A DNA stretch of 64,000 bases. Source: Nitrospira japonica (GTDB taxonomy: Bacteria > Nitrospirota > Thermodesulfovibrionia > UBA6902). The DNA is taken from positions 198,273 through 262,272 of the forward strand of contig DYJL01000001.1 of the NCBI GenBank assembly GCA_020723105.1, in the 5' to 3' direction. The position numbers and the translations under genes were made by a program. The notes below the pieces were generated by a model that saw only the letters and a program-made list of their open reading frames with translations, did no database searches and was not told where the DNA came from. Each line of letters begins with the position of its first letter. The first letter of the stretch is position 1. Shown piece by piece: positions 39,024-49,403 of this stretch.

Positions 39024-39841
39024 TGTCAAAGCGTTTGCATTACAGCATAAGAATGAGGGCTGCCAAAGACAGTGTTCACATATCAGGCGCCGAAGGTATC
39101 TATGAAAAAAACGATGTACTTGATACTGTTCAGAAGTATACGGGCCGGGCCTATGCACACGATAAGGGTAGGGCTGATGAGATTCATCTTACTATAGAGG
39201 AACTCAAAGAGACGCCCCGTAGAATATCTTCTCTGCCGCTTTGTACTTTAAATACAAGAAATTCTGAAGCTGCAGGAAAAGCCGCATTTAAAATTCTGTC
39301 TTCTATTGGTATAACTGAAAGGGCTATAGATGAGGCATTTAAATCCCTGACAATCGGCATCACAATGAGAGGTGCAATGCTGATGGATATTGAAGGAGTA
39401 AGACTTGAGCCTGACCTCCTGCGCGGGGTAAGAGTAACGCGCATGGGCATAACAAAAAAAGCAGATGCGATTCTTTCAAAGCATCTGGCAAAACTCGGCC
39501 TTAATAATGATACTGTCAAGGAGGCACTTATTCTGGCAAGCAAAGTTCACAAATACCCGATGGTTCTTGGAGAGTTATGCATATCTGACGACCCAAACTA
39601 TACAACAGGATACATAGCCTCACGCGCCTTTGGATATATCAGGCTTCTCCATATTAAGAAGAGAGGGCTTCCTTATGGAGGCCGTGCCTTTTTTATTACA
39701 GGCGGAGAGGTGAAGGAACTTATCAAATATCTTCAGACGACGCCCGTTCTAATTGATAATATTAAACCCTGTGAGGGAGCGTTATCATTAAAGGAAATTC
39801 TTGCGCGTAAGTCTCATCGTAAATCCCATAGCCGGAAATAA
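39023..39841 (+). CDS. bioW: 6-carboxyhexanoate–CoA ligase (pimeloyl-CoA synthetase)
   Basis: YSIRMRA...HISGAE...EALILASKV..YP.V..ELCISDDPNYTTGY matches the BioW signature region. ATG overlaps the bioB stop (TAATG). Confidence 0.7.
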   Translation: MSKRLHYSIRMRAAKDSVHISGAEGIYEKNDVLDTVQKYTGRAYAHDKGRADEIHLTIEELKETPRRISSLPLCTLNTRNSEAAGKAAFKILSSIGITERAIDEAFKSLTIGITMRGAMLMDIEGVRLEPDLLRGVRVTRMGITKKADAILSKHLAKLGLNNDTVKEALILASKVHKYPMVLGELCISDDPNYTTGYIASRAFGYIRLLHIKKRGLPYGGRAFFITGGEVKELIKYLQTTPVLIDNIKPCEGALSLKEILARKSHRKSHSRK

Positions 39842-39916
39842 GGTGTGCAAATCAGTAAATAAATCCCTCCACAAATTTTAGCCTGAATTCTTTATTAATC
39901 AGTTTTTATCATTAAA

Positions 39917-39956
39917 ATCCCTCTGCTTCAGAAAAAACGAGCAGGGGGATTTTTTA
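39917..39956 (+). terminator. Rho-independent terminator after bioW
   Basis: CCCTCTGCT-tcagaaaaaacg-AGCAGGGGG stem followed by ATTTTTTAT. Confidence 0.5.
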
Positions 39957-39974
39957 TATTCATATACACTTGCC

Positions 39975-40003
39975 TTGACAAAGAAACTCTTTTTTTTATA
40001 TTT
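39975..40003 (+). promoter_or_regulatory. Sigma70-like promoter for tRNA-Val (-35 TTGACA, 17-bp spacer, -10 TATATT)
   Basis: TTGACA at 39975-39980 and TATATT at 39998-40003. The tRNA begins about 36 nt downstream. Confidence 0.35.
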
Positions 40004-40038
40004 TCAATGTCATATAAGTTCTTGATTGTAATTTTTGA

Positions 40039-40113
40039 AGGCGCGTAGCTCAGTGGGAGAGCGCTTCCTTGACACGGAAGAGGTCGCTGGTTCGATCCCA
40101 GTCGTGCCTACCA
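40039..40113 (+). tRNA. tRNA-Val (anticodon GAC)
   Basis: Manual cloverleaf. Acceptor AGGCGCG/CGTGCCT (one G·U pair), D-arm GCTC-AGTGGGA-GAGC, anticodon arm CTTCC-TTGACAC-GGAAG, variable loop AGGTC, T-arm GCTGG-TTCGATC-CCAGT, discriminator A, encoded CCA. Confidence 0.85.
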
Positions 40114-40272
40114 TTAAAATAAGTGAAAAGTTGAAAGTTAAAAAAAGGAATTAGCAATCTTTAATCTTGCAACTTGTAACTTTTAACTTTTTTCAGGGAG
40201 GTTTATATTTTAAACTCATTACAAAACGATAAGGAGTTTCTCGAAATCTATCGTCATAGTACATCACATGTC

Positions 40273-41949
40273 ATGGCGCATGCCGTAAGAGAACTTTTCC
40301 CAAATACAAAACTTGCCATTGGGCCTGCAATTGCAGATGGATTTTACTATGATTTTGATAGTGATCATGCTTTCACACAGGAGGACCTGCCCCTGATTGA
40401 AGAGAGAATGAAAGAAATCATAAAAGCTAATAATCCTTTTGTCAGGAGAGAATTACAAAAAGAGGAAGCTATAGAACTTTTTCAAAAACTTGGGGAAACA
40501 TACAAACTTGAACTTATCAATGAGATTACAGATAAAACAGTTTCTCTTTATGAAGAGGATGGATTTGTTGATCTCTGCCGTGGGCCACACCTTGAATCAA
40601 CAGGAAAGGTGAAGGCATTTAAGTTACTGTCAGTTGCAGGCGCTTACTGGCGTGGTGATGAAAAAAACAAAATGCTCCAGCGCATCTACGGAGTTTCTTT
40701 TTCAACAAAGGATGAACTCAAAAAACATCTTGATTTTCTTGAGGAAGTAAAAAAGAGGGATCACCGGAGACTTGGAAAAGAACTGGACCTTTTTAGCATG
40801 AATGATGATATAGGAGCTGGACTGGTGTTGTGGCATCCAAGGGGTGCAGCAATTAGAAGAGCCATAGAGAGTTTCTGGCTGGATGAACATTGCCAGGCGG
40901 GTTATCAAATTCTATATACACCTCATATGGCAAAACTTGATTTATGGAAAAAGACAGGTCATGTTGATTTTTACCGGGACAATATGTACTCGCCGATGGA
41001 AATCGAAGGACTTGAGTATGAAATAAAACCAATGAACTGTCCTTTCCATGTATCCATTTTTAAGAGCCATCTCAGAAGCTACAGGGATTTGCCTTTACGG
41101 TTTGCTGAACTTGGGACTGTTTACAGATATGAACGTTCTGGAGTTCTTCATGGTCTCTTGAGAGTGCGGGGCTTTACACAGGATGACGCTCATATATTTT
41201 GCAGAGAAGACCAGATTGAAAAAGAAATCTTAAAGGTGCTGGAGTTCACACTTTTTATTCTGAATACATTTGGATTTTCCAACTACGATATTTACCTTTC
41301 AACACGACCTGATAAATATGTAGGAACAGAAGATGGATGGCACAAGGCAACAAACGCATTGGAAAATGCTCTTCTACAAAAAGGGCTTAAGTATGATATA
41401 GATCCAGGTGAAGGGGTATTCTATGGCCCAAAGATTGACATAAAAGTCAGGGATTCCCTTGGCAGACAATGGCAATGCAGTACGATACAGGTTGATTTTA
41501 ATATACCTGAACGGCTCGATATTACATATAGGGGTGCGGACAGTAAAGATTACAGGCCTATTATGATACATCGTGCGCTTATGGGATCGCTGGAGCGTTT
41601 TTTTGGCGTATTGATTGAGCATTATGCAGGAGCATTTCCATTGTGGCTTTCTCCTGTACAAATATCCATATTGACTATTTCCGAAAGACATGTAGAATAT
41701 TGCAGGCAGATAACAGATACATTGATAAAGAAAGGGATACGTGCAGATATAGATGAAGACAATGAGAAAATAGGTTTTAAGATAAGAAAAGCTGCTGTAT
41801 TAAAGACCCCCTATATGTGTATAATAGGCGATAAAGAAATGGAAAACAATACATTAACTATCAGAAGAAGAAACGGAGAAAATATTGGTGAAATGTCTGT
41901 TGAAAAGTTAATAGCTTTTCTTAAAGATGAAATTTCAGACAGGAGGTAG
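40273..41949 (+). CDS. thrS: Threonyl-tRNA synthetase lacking the N-terminal TGS domain; true start probably upstream of the annotated ATG
   Basis: Class II aaRS motifs and the N2 editing-domain motif (HxxxH) are present. The frame upstream reads ...EFLEIYRHSTSHV-MAHAV, which continues the conserved editing-domain His motif. That upstream frame has no ATG/GTG/TTG before a stop at 40177. SD GGGAGG at 40194-99 is followed by in-frame ATT at 40207. Confidence 0.75.
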   Translation: MAHAVRELFPNTKLAIGPAIADGFYYDFDSDHAFTQEDLPLIEERMKEIIKANNPFVRRELQKEEAIELFQKLGETYKLELINEITDKTVSLYEEDGFVDLCRGPHLESTGKVKAFKLLSVAGAYWRGDEKNKMLQRIYGVSFSTKDELKKHLDFLEEVKKRDHRRLGKELDLFSMNDDIGAGLVLWHPRGAAIRRAIESFWLDEHCQAGYQILYTPHMAKLDLWKKTGHVDFYRDNMYSPMEIEGLEYEIKPMNCPFHVSIFKSHLRSYRDLPLRFAELGTVYRYERSGVLHGLLRVRGFTQDDAHIFCREDQIEKEILKVLEFTLFILNTFGFSNYDIYLSTRPDKYVGTEDGWHKATNALENALLQKGLKYDIDPGEGVFYGPKIDIKVRDSLGRQWQCSTIQVDFNIPERLDITYRGADSKDYRPIMIHRALMGSLERFFGVLIEHYAGAFPLWLSPVQISILTISERHVEYCRQITDTLIKKGIRADIDEDNEKIGFKIRKAAVLKTPYMCIIGDKEMENNTLTIRRRNGENIGEMSVEKLIAFLKDEISDRR

Positions 41950-41951
41950 TC

Positions 41952-42449
41952 ATAGAAAAAGAGTTAAGAATAAATCGTTGGATCAGGGCAAAAGAAATTA
42001 GGGTAATAGGTCATGATGGCAGTCAGTTAGGCGTAATGGATATACGCAGCGCCTTAAAGCTTGCAGCAGAACATGACTTGGATCTTGTTGAAGTGGCACC
42101 GAGTTCGCAACCACCTGTCTGTAGGATAATGGATTATGGTAAATATCGTTATCAGCAGAGCAAGAAACACACATCAAAACATAAAACGATAGACCTGAAA
42201 GAAATAAAAGTTAGACCACAAATAAATGAGCATGACTTACTTTTTAAAATGAAGCATATAAAAAGATTCTTAGAGCATGGAGACAAAGCAAAGATTACTA
42301 TGATGTTCAGAGGCCGGGAAATTGTTCATGCATCAATTTCACAAAAAATTTTCAAACGCATTTCTGATGAATTCTCAACGCTTGCCAATGTCGAACAGGC
42401 AGCAAAGATGGAAGGCAACCGCATGACAATGGTTCTTGTACCAAAATAA
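41952..42449 (+). CDS. infC: Translation initiation factor IF-3, likely initiating at a non-AUG (AUA) codon
   Basis: The frame upstream of the track ORF (42036) reads IEKELRINRWIRAKEIRVIGHDGSQLGVMD, matching the IF-3 N-terminal domain (INGEIRA.EVRL.G..GEQLG). SD AGGAGG at 41941-46 sits 5 nt before ATA at 41952. infC is known to use rare AUU/AUA starts. Confidence 0.7.
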   Translation: MEKELRINRWIRAKEIRVIGHDGSQLGVMDIRSALKLAAEHDLDLVEVAPSSQPPVCRIMDYGKYRYQQSKKHTSKHKTIDLKEIKVRPQINEHDLLFKMKHIKRFLEHGDKAKITMMFRGREIVHASISQKIFKRISDEFSTLANVEQAAKMEGNRMTMVLVPK

Positions 42450-42531
42450 GTGAGAACTAATAATTGAGAAGCAGGAATTTTAGTTTTGAGTTCTCAGTTT
42501 TTAGTTTTAAGTTAATCAAGGAGGAGGTTAA

Positions 42532-42726
42532 ATGCCAAAGCTGAAAACACATAGAGGAGCTGCCAAGAGGTTTAGTAAGACCGGAACGGGCAAGATAAAA
42601 AGGAGCAAGGCTTACAGGAGCCATCTTCTAACCAGTAAATCCTCTAAAAGAACAAAACATTTAAGAAAAAGCGGATTGGTAGATAAGGCAAATTTTGATC
42701 ATATAAAAAAGATATTGCCCTATTAA
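42532..42726 (+). CDS. rpmI: 50S ribosomal protein L35
   Basis: [14 protein letters not shown]... is a canonical L35 N-terminus. Strong SD. Confidence 0.9.
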   Translation: MPKLKTHRGAAKRFSKTGTGKIKRSKAYRSHLLTSKSSKRTKHLRKSGLVDKANFDHIKKILPY

Positions 42727-42928
42727 TATTCAATCAATATCATTTCTTTTTAAGAATTTTACTTAGCAACTATTCAAAAAATTTAAAAAATACTATATAA
42801 TTATGTCTGGTTGCAGGTTAAATATGAGAGCAGCAAGTTATTTTGCATTTGATGCGAGATCTCGTTGTTTCTGAGTTTCTGCTTTCGCAGGACTGACAAT
42901 TAAAAGATTATTCAGGAGGTAAATATAA

Positions 42929-43288
42929 ATGCCGAGAGCAAAAGGTGGTTTTAAAACAAAAAGGAGAAGGAAAAAAATTCTCGAAATGACGAAGGGCTAT
43001 TATGGAGCCAAGAGCCGTTTGTACAGAATTGCAACAGAAGCAGTTGACAAGGCATTGACATATGCCTATAAAGATCGGAGAGGAAAGAAGAGAGATTTCA
43101 GATCATTGTGGATTATCAGGATTAATGCAGCGGTTCGAGCCTTGGGATTATCTTACAGTCAATTCATGAATAAACTTAAGAAGCTGGATATTGCATTAAA
43201 CAGAAAGGCGCTTGCAGATATGGCTTATAACAATCCGGGAGCCTTTAACAATCTTGTAGAAATGGTTAAAAAAGGGAATGTTAAATGA
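42929..43288 (+). CDS. rplT: 50S ribosomal protein L20
   Basis: [19 protein letters not shown]...[11 protein letters not shown] is a canonical L20 sequence. Confidence 0.9.
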   Translation: MPRAKGGFKTKRRRKKILEMTKGYYGAKSRLYRIATEAVDKALTYAYKDRRGKKRDFRSLWIIRINAAVRALGLSYSQFMNKLKKLDIALNRKALADMAYNNPGAFNNLVEMVKKGNVK

Positions 43289-44294
43289 CATTCAAACCAT
43301 AAAGAATCTTGCCAGAGAGGAAATAGAAAAAGCTCATAGCCTTAAAACAGTCCATGAACTGAAAATAAAATATCTTGGCAAAAAAGGAATTTTCACTCAT
43401 AAGATAAAATCCCTTGGTTTAATTCCTCAGGAAGACAGGCGGGAATACGGACGTATCCTGAATGAAACAAAAAACTACATCGAAGAGTTACTTGCCAAAT
43501 ATGAAAACTCTTTCAAAACACTTGAGTTAAATAAAACTCTCCAAACACAGCGCATTGATGTTACTGCTCCAGGGTACTGCATTCCTGCCGGACACGTTCA
43601 TCCTACAACACAGGTTCTCGATGAAATTATAAGCATATTCACTTCATTGAGTTTTAATGTTGAAGAAGGACCAGAGGTTGAGCTCGACTTCTATAATTTT
43701 GAAGCGCTTAATATGCATAAGGATCATCCGGCAAGAGACATGCAGGATACATTTTACATTACGGAAGATATTGTATTGAGAACACATACCTCATCTGTGC
43801 AGGTGCGAATCATGGAGAAAACGGCCCCGCCATTAAGAGTTATTGCACCAGGAAAAGTTTACAGATGTGACGCAGATGTAACCCATATCCCTATGTTTCA
43901 TCAACTTGAAGGTTTTATGGTGGACAAACATGTAAAAATGAGCGACCTCAAGGGAGTGCTGGAGGTATTTATTCATATGATATTCGGACCTGATACAAAA
44001 CTACGTTTCCGTCCGAGCTTCTTTCCGTTTACTGAACCAAGTGCAGAGATTGACATATCCTGTGTCATATGCAAAGGTGTGGGATGTAATGTTTGCAAAA
44101 ATACCGGTTGGCTCGAGATTCTTGGTGCCGGTATGATTAATCCAAGGATTTTTGAAATGGCTGGATATGCTCCTGATCAATATACAGGGTTTGCATTTGG
44201 GATGGGCATAGAACGTATTGCAATGCTCAAATACGGAATAGATGATATCAGACTGTTTTACGAGAACGATAAAAGATTTTTGGAACAGTTTTAG
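43278..44294 (+). CDS. pheS: Phenylalanyl-tRNA synthetase alpha subunit
   Basis: Class II motifs: [14 protein letters not shown] and [14 protein letters not shown]. Operon position after rplT. Confidence 0.9.
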   Translation: MLNDIQTIKNLAREEIEKAHSLKTVHELKIKYLGKKGIFTHKIKSLGLIPQEDRREYGRILNETKNYIEELLAKYENSFKTLELNKTLQTQRIDVTAPGYCIPAGHVHPTTQVLDEIISIFTSLSFNVEEGPEVELDFYNFEALNMHKDHPARDMQDTFYITEDIVLRTHTSSVQVRIMEKTAPPLRVIAPGKVYRCDADVTHIPMFHQLEGFMVDKHVKMSDLKGVLEVFIHMIFGPDTKLRFRPSFFPFTEPSAEIDISCVICKGVGCNVCKNTGWLEILGAGMINPRIFEMAGYAPDQYTGFAFGMGIERIAMLKYGIDDIRLFYENDKRFLEQF

Positions 44295-44341
44295 ATTAAA
44301 TTGCAGCAAGTAGTAAAAAAGTAGTTTAAAGGAGTACTTTT

Positions 44342-46396
44342 TTGAAGGCATCATACAACTGGCTTAAAGAAATTGCTGATTTTTCACTCTTGCCAAAAGA
44401 ATTGGCTCATGCACTTACAATGGCTGGATTTGAGGTTGAGGGCCTGGAAGAGATTGAAGGCGATATCATACTTGATATAAATGTAACTCCTAACAGGCCT
44501 GACTGTCTGAGCATTACAGGTCTTGGACGTGAGATATCTGCCATACTGGAAGTACCTTTTAAGAATAAAGCAGTTAATATCCAGAAACAGGAAGGCAAAG
44601 GACCTGAAGTCGAAATTAAAAACTCTCAACTCTGTAACAGATATGCATCAAGAATAATTTCCGGTGTGAAAGTCGCTCCTTCCCCAGAATGGCTTGTAAA
44701 GCGCCTTGAGACCCATGGTTTTAGGACTTCATATAATATAGTTGATGTTACTAACTATGTGCTTTTAGAAATGGGGCAACCACTTCATGCCTTTGACCTT
44801 GATAAACTCGCTGACAAAAGAATTGTGGTTAAAATATCGGACTCAGAAGAAACGTTTCACACGCTTGATAATGAGGACAGAAAACTAAGTAAAGACACAC
44901 TGTTAATATGGGATTCGGAAAAACCTGTAGCTTTAGCTGGAATTATGGGTGGATTAAATACAGAGGTTTCTTTGTCCACAGTGAATGTACTTCTTGAGAG
45001 TGCATGTTTTCATCCTGCATCAATAAGACGAACCTCCAAGTCTCTTAATGTGAGCTCTGAATCTTCATACCGCTTTGAAAGAGGGATTGATATAGAAAAT
45101 GTTGTGAAAGCCCTTGATATGGCTGCTCAGATGATCATTGAAATTTCAGGAGGAAGGGTTTCAGGTTTGACCGACAATTATCCCAGGCATCATGCTTCCA
45201 AACAAATAATAGTGCAACATGAGAAAATAAATGCATTGCTTGGCATTAGGATTGAAGAATCATTTTTGCAAAACATAATGTCCCGACTTGGTTTTGAAAT
45301 TAAAAGGGCAGGGGAGAAATTTATTGTAATTCCTCCAAGTTTCAGACAAGATGTTCAATTAGATATTGACGTAATAGAGGAAATAGCAAGGCTTTATGGA
45401 TATGAGAAAATTCCTGCGACATTGCCAAGTATCAGGATGCAACCTTCACCAAGAAATGAAAGAAGAGACCTTATTAAATCAGTAAAGAATTCCATGGCAA
45501 AATCGGGATTTTCCGAGGCAATTAATTACAGTTTCATTAATCCTGAGATACTTAATAACCTCAACATTCCTTCTGAGGACAAAAGAAGAAATTTTATTCT
45601 TATTAAAAATCCTCTTCGCAAGGAAGAATTGGCAATGAGGACAAACCTTATACCAGCACTGCTTAATAATGTGAGCCTAAATCTTAATCGTGGAGAGAAA
45701 ATAATTCATCTGTTTGAAGTATCAAGCATATTCCTTCATTCCGACCAGAAATTACCAAACGAAATTATTCAACTGACTGCTGTTTGTGTTAAAGATAAGA
45801 CTGCATCTTTATGGAAAACAAAGCATGATGGTTTTTATGATATAAAAGGTGTCCTCGAGAATTTATTCAATGAATTAAAAATCAGGGAATATTATCTTGA
45901 ATCAGATAAAGCATTACTTGAACCATATCTACATCCTGGCAAATCATGTTCAATAATGATTAGCGATGAGAAATTAGGGTCCCTTGGTATGATTCACCCC
46001 AGAGTGTTAGAAGCGTTTGATATAAGAGCTGATGTTGGTATTCTGGAGATATCTAACTTAGAACGTCTGCAAGAATATAGACACTATAAAACCGAATTTG
46101 TTTCATTGCCCAAATTTCCATATGTTGAAAGAGACATTGCTGTAATTGTCCCTATGGATATGACCGCAGAGAAAATAAAAAGAGAAATATCGAGTATAGA
46201 TTCTGATATCATTGAAACAGTTAACTTGTTTGATATTTACACAGGCAAACCAATAGCAGAAGACAAAAAAAGCCTTGCCTTCTCAATACGCTACAGAGCT
46301 TCAGATAGAACTCTTACAGATGAAGAGGTTGATGCATTGCATTTTATTATTATTGAGCGCCTTAAAGATACGCTTAATGCCGAGTTACGCAGTTAA
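44342..46396 (+). CDS. pheT: Phenylalanyl-tRNA synthetase beta subunit (short form without the N-terminal OB-fold tRNA-binding insert; TTG start)
   Basis: N-terminus MKASYNWLKE...AGFEVEG is typical of PheT. B3/4 and B5 region motifs and the C-terminal FDIY.G...A....S.AF domain. The first codon is TTG. Confidence 0.85.
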   Translation: MKASYNWLKEIADFSLLPKELAHALTMAGFEVEGLEEIEGDIILDINVTPNRPDCLSITGLGREISAILEVPFKNKAVNIQKQEGKGPEVEIKNSQLCNRYASRIISGVKVAPSPEWLVKRLETHGFRTSYNIVDVTNYVLLEMGQPLHAFDLDKLADKRIVVKISDSEETFHTLDNEDRKLSKDTLLIWDSEKPVALAGIMGGLNTEVSLSTVNVLLESACFHPASIRRTSKSLNVSSESSYRFERGIDIENVVKALDMAAQMIIEISGGRVSGLTDNYPRHHASKQIIVQHEKINALLGIRIEESFLQNIMSRLGFEIKRAGEKFIVIPPSFRQDVQLDIDVIEEIARLYGYEKIPATLPSIRMQPSPRNERRDLIKSVKNSMAKSGFSEAINYSFINPEILNNLNIPSEDKRRNFILIKNPLRKEELAMRTNLIPALLNNVSLNLNRGEKIIHLFEVSSIFLHSDQKLPNEIIQLTAVCVKDKTASLWKTKHDGFYDIKGVLENLFNELKIREYYLESDKALLEPYLHPGKSCSIMISDEKLGSLGMIHPRVLEAFDIRADVGILEISNLERLQEYRHYKTEFVSLPKFPYVERDIAVIVPMDMTAEKIKREISSIDSDIIETVNLFDIYTGKPIAEDKKSLAFSIRYRASDRTLTDEEVDALHFIIIERLKDTLNAELRS

Positions 46397-46667
46397 TAGC
46401 ATTTTACTTCATTAATGCCAGCACTTCATTAGAAAGGATCTGCCGGGTTTTCCGAATATATTACATTTATAAGTAATTTTTTCTGGCAATATAATTTTAC
46501 ATAATATATCTTATCGGACGTTAGATATGTCAAACTTTTGTTAAGAAGATGTGAAAACGATAAGCACCCTCCCTTTTGAACTGGCTTTTAAAATAGGATT
46601 TTCTGGGTTTGCACAATTTATGGGCACATTCAAAACACTATAAAAACAATGAGTTATGGTATTTTAT

Positions 46668-47957
46668 CTATTTCTCAAGGGGTTTTGAGATCAAGCCAGA
46701 TTTTGTCAAAGATATGACTTTTACTTTGAGACGCTGACCTTTTGAAAGATTATCCGATATAATTGACAGCTTAATATAATTATCTGAAATACCTATGTAT
46801 AATCCAGTAGTTATAGATTTATCCTCAACTATGACATCAAGTGTTTTACCTAAGTTCTTTTTGAGATAAGTATTTTTCATATTATTTGCAATTGTTAGTA
46901 ATGTCTTTACCCTATCCTGCTTTATACTTTCATTAATATGACTGTTAGATAATATAGCTCTTGTGTTTGGTCTTTTTGAGTATGGAAACACGTGCATATA
47001 GCTTAGTGGTAGTTGTTCAAGAAATTTAACAGTTTCTTTAAATTCTTTTTCTGTTTCACCTGGGAAACCAGCGATAATATCTGTCCCTATTGATATATCA
47101 GGATTTGTGGATTCTATGGTATCAATAATTTTTTTAAAGAAGATAGTCGAGTAGCCGCGATTCATCTCATTAAGTATTCTATCTGATCCACTTTGAAGCG
47201 GTATATGTAAGTGTGCACAAAGCGATCCTTCTTTAATATAGGATAAATAGTCGGCTTTAAATTCCTGAGGCTCAATCGAGCTTAATCTGAATCTGATATG
47301 AGGAAAATACTGAATCAACATGCTCACAATATTTAATAATGAACTTTTAGGATAGAGGTCTAACCCATAAGATCCAATATGTATTCCTGTTAATACAATC
47401 TCTTTATATCCTGCATTATTAAGTTCATTAACAGCATTAATAATATCCTGTATATTAAGGCTTCGACTTTTACCTCTTGCTAAAGGGACTGCGCAATATG
47501 AACAAGAAAAATTACATCCATCTTGTATCTTAAGGAATGCCCTTGCTTTGTTTGAATGATATGGTTGTAAGGTTAGAGGTGCCGACAAGGGATAATTATC
47601 AATCACAGAAGCGTCACAATTATTATATTTTAATTTTTCTATATGATTAATAATATCTTTTTTTGCAGAATTACCTATTATGAGATGTAGTCCTTCTATT
47701 TTTAGAAGATCGTCAGGTTTCAATTGCGCATAACAGCCGGCGGCAATAACTTTTGCTCCTGTTTTTAAAGCTTTTCTTATAAGTTGTCTTGATTGATAGT
47801 CACTTTTAGCAGTTACAGTACATGTATTTATAATATAAATATCAGGATTGTCAGCAGTGGTAACAATTTCATGATTTTTGTTTTTTAATAAGCCCTCGAT
47901 AGAGGCGCTTTCTGACTGGTTTACCTTACAACCTAATGTTGCAATAGCCACTTTCAA
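46668..47957 (-). CDS. mtaB: MtaB-like radical-SAM methylthiotransferase (tRNA ms2t6A)
   Basis: N-terminal MTTase domain LGCKVNQSES. Radical-SAM CxxxCxxC (CNFSCSYC). C-terminal TRAM-like region. Confidence 0.65.
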   Translation of the reverse strand: MKVAIATLGCKVNQSESASIEGLLKNKNHEIVTTADNPDIYIINTCTVTAKSDYQSRQLIRKALKTGAKVIAAGCYAQLKPDDLLKIEGLHLIIGNSAKKDIINHIEKLKYNNCDASVIDNYPLSAPLTLQPYHSNKARAFLKIQDGCNFSCSYCAVPLARGKSRSLNIQDIINAVNELNNAGYKEIVLTGIHIGSYGLDLYPKSSLLNIVSMLIQYFPHIRFRLSSIEPQEFKADYLSYIKEGSLCAHLHIPLQSGSDRILNEMNRGYSTIFFKKIIDTIESTNPDISIGTDIIAGFPGETEKEFKETVKFLEQLPLSYMHVFPYSKRPNTRAILSNSHINESIKQDRVKTLLTIANNMKNTYLKKNLGKTLDVIVEDKSITTGLYIGISDNYIKLSIISDNLSKGQRLKVKVISLTKSGLISKPLEK

Positions 47958-47985
47958 GAAACTTCTCCTGTTACAACTTGAAACC

Positions 47986-49308
47986 TTATATTATTTCACC
48001 AAATAGTGAATGTTGTTTGGCTTCCGTTATATTAATCCTAACGAGACGACCAATATCTTTCTCATTTCCGCAAAAGTTTACAATCTTGTTGGAAGACGTT
48101 CTTCCAGTAAGTTTATCGCTGTTTGTTTCGCTTATACCTTCAACCAGGACTTCTATTGTTTTTCCCTCTAACAGTTTGTTTTTTTTATATGTAATGATCT
48201 CCTGTATCTTTAAAATTTCTGCAAGTCTACGTGAAACAATATTTTCATCAACATGATCTGGCAGATAAAGCGCTTTTGTATCGGACCGCTTAGAATATTT
48301 AAATGCAAAGATTCCGTCAAACTTAATATCGGTAAGTGCATTTATGGTACTTTGGAAATCTGCTTCTGTTTCTCCTGGAAAGCCAGTAATAATATCTGTA
48401 GTAATTGCTATATCGGGAATTGCTGTTCTTAATATATCAATTTTGTCTTTATAAACTTTGTAAACATACCCTCTGTTCATTAAACTTAATATATTATCAG
48501 ATCCGGATTGCAGGGGCAGGTGGATATGATTACATATTTTTGGCAAGTTCCTCATCGTATCTATCAATTTTTCAGATAAATCTCTAGGATGTGATGTAAC
48601 AAATCTAATCCTCTGCAATCCCTCTATTTCATGAATAATTTTCAGAAGGTCAGGAAAATCCATATAGTCTTGAAGATTCTTGCCATAGGAATTTACATTT
48701 TGACCTAAGAGAGTAACCTCTTTGAATCCTTCCATGACAAGTGAATTAACTTCCTTGTAAACATCGTTCCAAGGCCTGCTCCTTTCCCTTCCGCGAGTAT
48801 ATGGCACTACGCAATATGCACAGTAATTATCACAGCCATACATTATAGATACCCAGGCTCTGATGCGCCCTTCCCTGCTTACAGGCAGTATTTTAGTATG
48901 ATACTCCGGATTATGACGCAATGCAGTCGTCTGAGTTACGTGTCCTGTATTTTGTGTAATATCTTTTATCCAGGTCTGTAAACTATCTATATTATCGGGA
49001 CCAAAAATAAAATCCACATAGGGAAATCTATTGAACAGCACATCGCCTTTCTGCTGTGCTATGCATCCAGCCACGGCTATTCTAAGAGCTGGTTTATCTT
49101 TCTTGATTTTCTCCAATCGGCCCAGTTCGCTGTAAAATTTTTGTTCGGCTTTTTGCCTTATATTACAAGTATTGAGAACAATCACATCTGCCTTTTTTGT
49201 TGAATCTGTGAACTCATAATCTGATACAGATAAAATACCGGCAATCTTCTCTGAGTCATGCACGTTCATCTGACAGCCGAATGTGTAGATATGGAATTTT
49301 TTAGTCAT
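47986..49308 (-). CDS. miaB: tRNA-i6A37 methylthiotransferase MiaB
   Basis: MTKKFHIYTFGCQMNVHDSE matches the MiaB N-terminus. CDNYCAYC radical-SAM motif. TRAM domain. Confidence 0.8.
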   Translation of the reverse strand: MTKKFHIYTFGCQMNVHDSEKIAGILSVSDYEFTDSTKKADVIVLNTCNIRQKAEQKFYSELGRLEKIKKDKPALRIAVAGCIAQQKGDVLFNRFPYVDFIFGPDNIDSLQTWIKDITQNTGHVTQTTALRHNPEYHTKILPVSREGRIRAWVSIMYGCDNYCAYCVVPYTRGRERSRPWNDVYKEVNSLVMEGFKEVTLLGQNVNSYGKNLQDYMDFPDLLKIIHEIEGLQRIRFVTSHPRDLSEKLIDTMRNLPKICNHIHLPLQSGSDNILSLMNRGYVYKVYKDKIDILRTAIPDIAITTDIITGFPGETEADFQSTINALTDIKFDGIFAFKYSKRSDTKALYLPDHVDENIVSRRLAEILKIQEIITYKKNKLLEGKTIEVLVEGISETNSDKLTGRTSSNKIVNFCGNEKDIGRLVRINITEAKQHSLFGEII

Positions 49309-49403
49309 AAAACATTACCTTATAACTACATGTACAAACGTCTGGATTAACTTTCAAAAATCGTACTTCTACAGTAACTGGAAGGCCGGTTGTCAACGCT
49401 AAA

